A stretch of DNA of 4,951 nt from Naegleria gruberi (taxonomy: Eukaryota). Below are positions 1 through 4,951 of the stretch, piece after piece; within the stretch, counting starts at the first letter, position 1; every line of letters starts with the position of its first letter. The position numbers were made by a program, and so were the translations under genes. Where the stretch lies: assembly GCA_000004985.1 (NCBI GenBank), contig GG739170.1; one strand, written 5' to 3'. The notes under the pieces were generated by a model that was given only the letters and a program-made list of their open reading frames with translations, was not told the DNA's origin and did not search any database.

Positions 1-293
1 TTTCTCTACCACCATATATAGATGTTTTAGTATTTAATGCTCTCTTTTCATTTAAATCATCATGATATAAATCTCTATCTTTTAATTCCTTTTCATAATC
101 ATATTTCACTTTAGCAATTGGTCTTCTTTCTACTTGTACATCATGTATATGTTGAAGATATTGAGTTCTATTTTCATCTTTAATTTCTTTTGTTATAATA
201 TCAAATGCCTTATTTTCTGCTAATTTTTGTACCGTTGGTGGTTCTCTTGCCATTTTTAATATGGCTGCTTCTTTTTGTAAATGTTCTTCTTTT
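1..293 (-). CDS. Exon 2 (partial, continues beyond window start) of a two-exon gene for an uncharacterised protein. The segment is K/E/D-rich and coiled-coil-like: ...E-KEEHLQKEAAILKMAREPPTVQKLAENKAFDIITKEIKDENRTQYLQHIHDVQVERRPIAKVKYDYEKELKDRDLYHDDLNEKRALNTKTSIYGGRE...
   Basis: Translated by hand on the minus strand in the phase set by the upstream GTATGT donor (phase 2; base 293 completes the GAa codon). There is no stop in 97 codons to position 2, which is improbable by chance in AT-rich DNA. The alternative phase-0 splice model hits TAA after about 27 codons. Composition matches exon 1. I do not recognise the protein family. Confidence 0.55.
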
Positions 294-395
294 CTATTAT
301 ATCATTATTAAAAGTATTAATATTTCAATTAATTTCAATTAGTTATTATTAAATATTAAATTAATAAAAATATTAATAAATATATATAAACATAC
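294..395 (-). other. Spliceosomal intron, 102 nt, AT-rich, with a GTATGT donor (minus-strand reading of plus 395..390) and a TAG acceptor (plus 296..294). The first AG in the intron is the acceptor.
   Basis: The ORF track extends exon 1 through ...EKEYVYIYLLIFLLI*. The YVYIYLLIFLLI tail (the EKE is exonic) is read straight out of GTATGTTTATATATATTTATTAATATTTTTATTAA, a canonical GTATGT donor followed by Ile/Leu/Phe-only codons typical of intron read-through. Splicing to the first downstream AG restores a long open frame (exon 2). Confidence 0.6.
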
Positions 396-1168
396 TCTTT
401 TTCTCTTTGTTCTATATTTGGATCATTATGTAATTGTAAAATAGGATGAAATTTCTTCTTTATAACTGTATCATATCTAGTTTTTATAAATTCATCTCTT
501 TTAGCTAGTTCTTGTTTTAAATCTTCAATTGGATTTTGAGTTTTATAAATTAGGAAAAAATCATCAAATGATGGTTTTGATTTTTGAAATTTCTTCTTTT
601 TAGATTCTCTATCAATTAATTCAACACTTTCAGAATGTTTTAAAACATTTGAATAATCAATTTTTTTACCAAGTGCTTCTCTAGGTTGAGGAAAATATGA
701 TTTAATTGAATTACCATCCAATGATGATCTCCTTGTTTTATCATTTAATGTTACAATATCAAAATGACTTTCCAATAAATTTGATCTATCCATAGCTCTA
801 TTCATTGTATCAATTGACATTTCTTGTTCCAATTTTTTAAATTCTTCCTCTTTTTTAGTATCAATAAATTGTTGTAGAACTGGATTAATTTGTCTTTGTT
901 CTTCTCTCCATTTTAAACTTTTATCTCTTGTTTGACGATAAACTGGTTCAGGCTTTTCAATTTTTGGATGAGGAATGACCTTATCACTTCTATACATGTT
1001 TAATAATTCTCCCCATGATTGAGGCTCTGATCTTGTTGATGTTCTTAATCCGATATTATTATTATTATTGGGTGATGTTGGAGTCTGTATTGATGATGAT
1101 GAGGCATTATTATTGGGTATTGTTGTTGAGGTTGATTGTGTCGTGTCGTAGATGTCATTTAATGGCAT
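396..1168 (-). CDS. Exon 1 (start codon at 1168..1166, 257 codons plus 2 nt) of the uncharacterised two-exon gene. The N-terminal region is Ser/Thr/Asn-rich low complexity (TTQSTSTTIPNNNASSSS...SPNNNNN), followed by a basic, charged region.
   Basis: The ORF 356..1168(-) from the track is trimmed at the GTATGT donor. An AAAAAAATG start context is seen on the minus strand (revcomp of 1166..1175). It is a long ORF with dictyostelid-like codon usage. Confidence 0.65.
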
Positions 1169-1195
1169 TTTTTTAAATTTACTTATGGAGGGAAA

Positions 1196-1440
1196 ATTTA
1201 CAGATCGTTATGCTACCACCGTTTCATTCAGCTAATATTCTAATCTTGATGTTTCAATTATTACATAATTTAATAGCATTGTTCTTCTCTTTCATTTCCA
1301 ATTAATACAGACTAAGAGGATGTTATTGGATTGACCTGATGGTGGTGGCTGGTTGCTAAGAATAAGCTTACGTGTTGCCAGCATCACTGCCAACACAACA
1401 ATAAAATCATCAGCCTAAAAAAAATGTAAGTCATCACTTG
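1196..1440. other. GC-rich island inside the divergent intergenic region. It is a candidate small ncRNA gene or conserved regulatory block; strand and exact ends are undetermined.
   Basis: Counted by hand, 1321..1380 is about 45% GC (27/60) and 1381..1440 about 35%. The flanking intergenic DNA is clearly lower in GC and the coding sequence here is about 25%. On the minus strand there are box-C-like GUGAUGA (plus 1437..1431), CUGAUGA (plus 1416..1410) and GUGAUGC (plus 1387..1381). On the plus strand, CUGAUGG sits at about 1335..1341. No clean C/D architecture or terminal stem could be built, and there are no tRNA A/B boxes. Confidence 0.25.
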
Positions 1441-1550
1441 CCGTAATTTGTATTTTTTTAACAAATCTAAATTTTTAATTCCTATCAACACAATGATCAT
1501 CACTAAATACAACAATAACCTCATCCTCTAATAATATATTCTGAAAATAA

Positions 1551-1570
1551 CACAACAACAACAACAACAA
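1551..1570 (+). repeat. (CAA)n microsatellite, CA(CAA)6, in the 5' leader/promoter of the coatomer gene.
   Basis: Direct reading: cacaacaacaacaacaacaa at 1551..1570, 28 nt upstream of the ATG. Confidence 0.9.
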
Positions 1571-1597
1571 TATATAGCAAAAATATTAAATCTAAAG

Positions 1598-4157
1598 ATG
1601 AATAGATTAGATATTAAAGATAAATTGGTAGCACGTTCAGAGCATCGTGTAAAATCTGTTGATATCCATCCAACAGAACCATGGGTATTATCTTCCTATT
1701 ATAATGGAAATGTTGNNNNNNNNNNNNNNNNNNNNNNNNNNNNNNNNNNNNNNNNNNNNNNNNNNNNNNNNNNNNNNNNNNNNNNNNNNNNNNNNNNNNN
1801 NNNNNNNNNNNNNNNNNNNNNNNNNNNNNNNNNNNNNNNNNNNNNNNNNNNNNNNNNNNNNNNNNNNNNNNNNNNNNNNNNNNNNNNNNNNNNNNNNNNN
1901 NNNNNNNNNNNNNNNNNNNNNNNNNNNNNNNNNNNNNNNNNNNNNNNNNNNNNNNNNNNNNNNNNNNNNNNNNNNNNNNNNNNNNNNNNNNNNNNNNNNN
2001 NNNNNNNNNNNNNNNNNNNNNNNNNNNNNNNNNNNNNNNNNNNNNNNNNNNNNNNNNNNNNNNNNNNNNNNNNNNNNNNNNNNNNNNNNNNNNNNNNNNN
2101 NNNNNNNNNNNNNNNNNNNNNNNNNNNNNNNNNNNNNNNNNNNNNNNNNNNNNNNNNNNNNNNNNNNNNNNNNNNNNNNNNNNNNNNNNNNNNNNNNNNN
2201 NNNNNNNNNNNNNNNNNNNNNNNNNNNNNNNNNNNNNNNNNNNNNNNNNNNNNNNNNNNNNNNNNNNNNNNNNNNNNNNNNNNNNNNNNNNNNNNNNNNN
2301 NNNNNNNNNNNNNNNNNNNNNNNNNNNNNNNNNNNNNNNNNNNNNNNNNNNNNNNNNNNNNNNNNNNNNNNNNNNNNNNNNNNNNNNNNNNNNNNNNNNN
2401 NNNNNNNNNNNNNNNNNNNNNNNNNNNNNNNNNNNNNNNNNNNNNNNNNNNNNNNNNNNNNNNNNNNNNNNNNNNNNNNNNNNNNNNNNNNNNNNNNNNA
2501 TTGATTTATATCCTGAAACTATGGAATATGATCCAAAAGGACATTTTATTGCAGCAGTTGGTGGTGGTGATTATAATATTTATGCAGCAGTTCAATGCGT
2601 TCAAAGACTTATGGTAGTGGTGAAGAATTAGTTTGGAGTTCAACAAGTGGATGTTATGCAGTTAGATCTAAATCTAATGAAATTAAGATTTACAAAGATT
2701 TTAAAGAATTTAAAGTATTTAAACCATTCTTTACACCAAAACAAATATTTGGTGGACAATTATTAGGTATTTCATCAAAGGAATTTATTTGTTTCTATGA
2801 TTGGGAAACATGTCAAATGATTAGAAATATTGGTATTATTCCACGTAAAGTATATTGGAATGATGATAGTGTTTTAATTGCAAGTGAAAATGAATTTTAC
2901 TTGTTGAGATATAATTCACAACTTGTTAAAAATGCTTTAAAAACAAGAAATCCAGAAGAAGAAGATTCACAAATTGAAGATTCACTTATTTTAGAATATA
3001 ATATTGAAGAAAAGATTCGTGAAGGTCAATTTATTGGTGAAACATTTATTTATACAAATAATGATTCTAGATTGAATTATGTTATTGGTGGACAAGTTAC
3101 AACAATAACACATTTAGAAGATTCTAAACATTTCTTTTTAGGTTATGTTTCTAAACATAATAGAATTTATATTATGGATAAGGAACGTAATATTCTTAGT
3201 TTTAGATTATTTGTACAAGTTTTACAATATGAAACTTTAATTTTAAGAGGTGATTTAGAAACTGCAAGTTTATTATTACCTCAAATTCCAAAAGATGAAT
3301 ATAATAGATTAGCTAAATTCCTTGATCAACAAGGATATAAACAATTAGCAATGCAAGTTACACAAGATGATGAACATTGTTTTGAAATTGCAATTCAATT
3401 AAATGATTTACAAAAAGCCTATGAAATTATTAAAAAGAGTAAATCAGCATTAGAAACTAAATGGAAACAATTAGGTCAATTAGCTTTATCACAATGTAAT
3501 ATTGAATTAGCAAGAGAATGTTTTGAATTGGGTAATGATTTTGGTGGATTATTATTATTATATTCAAGTATTGGTGATCGTGAAGGAATGATTAAATTAG
3601 CAGAAATGGCAAAGAATAATTCAACTACAAGTTATAACAATATTACATTTATGTGTTATTATTTATTAGGACAAGTTGATAATTGTATTAATTTGTTAAT
3701 TGAAACTAAACGTTTACCTGAAGCTGCTTTATTTGCTAGAACTTATGCTCCTTCTCATGTTTCAAGAGTTGTTCAATTATGGAGAAGTGAATTAACAAGT
3801 GATAATCAAAAAGTTAATTCTCAAAGATTGAAATCTATTGCTGATTCACTTGCTGATCCAATCGATTATCCAAATATGTTTAATAATTTTGGAGATTCTT
3901 TACAAGTTGAAAAATTTATGAATAGAGATTTTTATACAAAATTACAAAATAATGAACTATCTTCAAATCAATATCAAAATATTAAGAAATCTTTATATAA
4001 CACTGATTGGATTGAACAATATAAACAAGAAGGTGAATCTCAATTTAAAATTAATTATATTCATCAAGAAGTAGAAGAAGTACAAGTTGAAGAAAAGGAA
4101 TCATCAACTACTCCAATTGATACCACTACCACTACAACTACTCCACAAGAAGAATAA
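1598..4157 (+). CDS. COPB2: Coatomer (COPI) subunit beta-prime, a WD40 plus alpha-solenoid protein. Segments are 1598..1715 (N-terminus, frame 2), the assembly gap 1716..2499, 2500..2595 (frame 1), an apparent 1-nt deletion at about 2596..2597, and 2598..4157 (frame 0, stop TAA at 4155..4157).
   Basis: N-terminus [39 protein letters not shown] is near-identical in pattern to the metazoan COPB2 N-terminus ([39 protein letters not shown]). After the gap, [32 protein letters not shown] aligns with human ...[31 protein letters not shown]. Continuing in the next frame, [70 protein letters not shown] aligns with [71 protein letters not shown]. Further colinear matches include [44 protein letters not shown] and SLADP. 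The symbol is given as the orthology-group name, not a verified locus name for this organism. Confidence 0.9.
1716..2499. other. Assembly gap: a run of 784 N (scaffold gap), falling in the WD40-repeat region of the coatomer gene.
   Basis: Direct reading. The track ORFs 1659..2504 and most of 1598..2617 are poly-X artefacts of translating N. Confidence 0.99.
4122..4142 (+). repeat. In-frame (ACN)7 tract encoding Thr7 in the C-terminal tail of coatomer beta-prime (...[18 protein letters not shown]).
   Basis: Direct reading: acc act acc act aca act act in frame 0. Confidence 0.85.
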
Positions 4158-4230
4158 GTGATGATGGTAATGATAAGATGAGTGTAATGATAAAGATTGA
4201 AACATTATGTAAAAGTATTATTATATTATT

Positions 4231-4236
4231 AATAAA
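4231..4236 (+). terminator. AATAAA hexamer, a candidate polyadenylation signal for the coatomer transcript. It lies 74 nt after the stop and 18 nt before the next ATG.
   Basis: Motif match only. Many A/T hexamers occur in this AT-rich spacer, so specificity is low. Confidence 0.25.
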
Positions 4237-4253
4237 AAGTCAAGTTAAAAAAA

Positions 4254-4951
4254 ATGATTGAAAAATTGAATCAATTATTTAATAGTTTAATGTCATCACA
4301 ACAAAAGATGAGTGAATTGTCATTATTTGGAAAGTTATCATCTTCATCATCACTGACACAAATATTAATATTTATTATTAGTATTATAACAGGTGGATTC
4401 CGATATTATCAAACAATTAATAGAAAATCAATAACATTTAATTCAATACCATCACTACAATCATCCAATAATAATAATTTATCATCATCAAATGTAAATA
4501 ATCAACAACAACAACAAATAAGGAAAGTATTAACATCACCTTATTTTGGAGAGAGACCACATTATTTTCTACCACCATCAGATGTAGAACAATACAGAAA
4601 AACCATCAGTAATAATTCTAATAATTCTAATAATTCTAATTCCAATAATAATAATAATAATATTAAAAAACAAATAGAACATTATTATATTCCATATCCG
4701 AATGATCCACCACATACATTTCCATCAATCAAGGCTAGAAATTTATTTACAAAATCACCTAAAAAATTAAGTCAAATTTATATAGAAAGAATTGATCCTA
4801 TTAATAGATCTAATTTAAGAACAGGTGCTAAATTAAAAGTACCTTTACAACAATTAGAAGAAAGATTTAGAACTGTTTATTCAAATGCAAATGAAAATGG
4901 TTTAGAAATTACTATTAATAGTAAATCAGATAAACCTTTTGAAAAATTAGG
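4254..4951 (+). CDS. 5' portion (232 codons, open to the window end) of a gene not in the supplied ORF track. The predicted protein is single-pass membrane, type II-like. It has a short N-terminal tail, a hydrophobic segment LTQILIFIISIITGGF (nt 4353..4400), then an N/Q/S-rich low-complexity stem and a globular region (...HYYIPYPNDPPHTFPSIKARNLFTKSPKKLSQIYIERIDPINRSNLRTGAKLKVPLQQLEERFRTVYSNANENGLEITINSKSDKPFEKL...).
   Basis: Hand translation from the ATG at 4254 (context AAAAAAAATG) in frame 0 gives no stop codon through 4951. An in-frame TAA at 4233..4235 upstream makes 4254 the first possible start. In-frame AAT/CAA tracts and codon usage resemble the neighbouring genes. The family is not recognised. 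The topology resembles Golgi glycosyltransferases, but that is speculation. Confidence 0.55.
   Translation, partial: MIEKLNQLFNSLMSSQQKMSELSLFGKLSSSSSLTQILIFIISIITGGFRYYQTINRKSITFNSIPSLQSSNNNNLSSSNVNNQQQQQIRKVLTSPYFGERPHYFLPPSDVEQYRKTISNNSNNSNNSNSNNNNNNIKKQIEHYYIPYPNDPPHTFPSIKARNLFTKSPKKLSQIYIERIDPINRSNLRTGAKLKVPLQQLEERFRTVYSNANENGLEITINSKSDKPFEKL
4611..4637 (+). repeat. 9-bp tandem repeat (AATAATTCT)x3 followed by a degenerate copy and an (AAT)6 run (4644..4661). It lies in-frame within the downstream gene and encodes SNNSNNSNNSNSNNNNNN.
   Basis: Direct reading of 4611..4661. Confidence 0.85.

Larger units (their letters stand above)
1169..1597. promoter_or_regulatory. Divergent intergenic region (429 bp) between the minus-strand gene start (1168) and the coatomer start (1598). 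It is presumably a shared bidirectional promoter and holds both 5' UTRs.
   Basis: Two ATG start codons face away from each other. There is no ORF in between. TATATA lies at 1571..1576 and an A-rich context precedes the 1598 ATG. Confidence 0.5.

Noticed and set aside
1056-1070. (ATT)5 and other trinucleotide runs inside coding regions (poly-Asn at 1056..1070 on the minus strand, poly-Gln at 4503..4517)
   Set aside because: These are real repeats but ordinary for this type of genome. They are in-frame and encode Asn/Gln tracts, so they are not independent features of interest.
1201-1420. Short ORFs in the GC-rich spacer (for example, minus-strand MLATRKLILSNQPPPSGQSNNILLVCINWK, 29 aa; plus-strand MLPPFHSANILILMFQLLHNLI, 22 aa)
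   Set aside because: They are too short, have no recognisable features and sit between two divergent starts. There is no basis to call them coding.
1321-1440. Possible box C/D snoRNA (minus-strand GUGAUGA, CUGA, GUGAUGC motifs) or class I RNA (UCUUAGCAACC loosely resembles the conserved CCUUACAGCAA motif)
   Set aside because: No correctly spaced 3' D box (CUGA) with a terminal stem could be found. The class I motif match is only about 8/11 with a gap. It is kept only as a generic ncRNA-candidate island, not as a called snoRNA or class I gene.
1424-1576. AAAAAAAATGtaagtc at 1417..1431 resembles a start codon fused to a canonical GTAAGT donor, with a possible tatatAG acceptor at 1574..1576. 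This suggested an upstream coding or 5'-UTR exon for coatomer.
   Set aside because: The ATG is immediately followed in frame by TAA. The coatomer N-terminus from the ATG at 1598 aligns from residue 1 with orthologues, so no upstream coding exon is needed. A non-coding 5'-UTR intron remains possible but cannot be supported from sequence alone.
1659-2504. Track ORF of 281 aa ([19 protein letters not shown] then X...)
   Set aside because: This is almost entirely a translation of the N-run. The first 19 residues are an out-of-frame reading of the coatomer N-terminal exon. It is not a gene.
2500-2617. C-terminal tail of track ORF 1598..2617 (…[38 protein letters not shown])
   Set aside because: This is frame 2 after the gap. 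The conserved coatomer reading there is frame 1 ([23 protein letters not shown]...). The listed tail is a wrong-frame artefact of treating the N gap as exactly 784 nt.
1-4951. Prokaryote-style novel system (defence island, CRISPR array, toxin-antitoxin, integron or mobile element)
   Set aside because: The sequence is clearly eukaryotic nuclear DNA (spliceosomal intron, COPI coatomer gene, AAAAATG starts, homopolymeric amino-acid tracts). There are no direct-repeat or spacer arrays, no inverted terminal repeats and no transposase- or integrase-like ORFs in any frame.

Overview
This is AT-rich eukaryotic nuclear DNA from a draft-quality assembly. Its style is Dictyostelium-like: A-rich AAAAATG start contexts, one short AT-rich intron with a GTATGT..TAG boundary pair, in-frame Asn/Gln/Thr homopolymer tracts, and about 25% GC in coding sequence. 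It is not prokaryotic, and I see no CRISPR, tRNA, rRNA or mobile element. There are three protein-coding genes. (1) On the minus strand, a two-exon gene for an uncharacterised protein. Exon 1 is 396..1168, the intron is 294..395 (102 nt), and exon 2 is 1..293, running off the window. The N-terminus is low-complexity and the C-terminal part is K/E-rich and coiled-coil-like. (2) On the plus strand, the coatomer beta-prime (COPB2) orthologue, from the ATG at 1598 to the TAA at 4155..4157. It is broken by a 784-N assembly gap (1716..2499) and by an apparent 1-nt deletion frameshift at about 2596..2597, just downstream of the gap. (3) On the plus strand, a partial gene from the ATG at 4254 to the window end. 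It is absent from the supplied ORF track and is predicted to encode a single-pass membrane protein with an N/Q/S-rich stem. Genes 1 and 2 are divergently transcribed from a 429-bp shared intergenic region. That region contains an unusually GC-rich block (about 1196..1440, locally about 45% GC), which I regard as a candidate small ncRNA or regulatory element and the main thing worth checking. I see no evidence of a novel multi-gene system. Most anomalies here are best explained by assembly quality.
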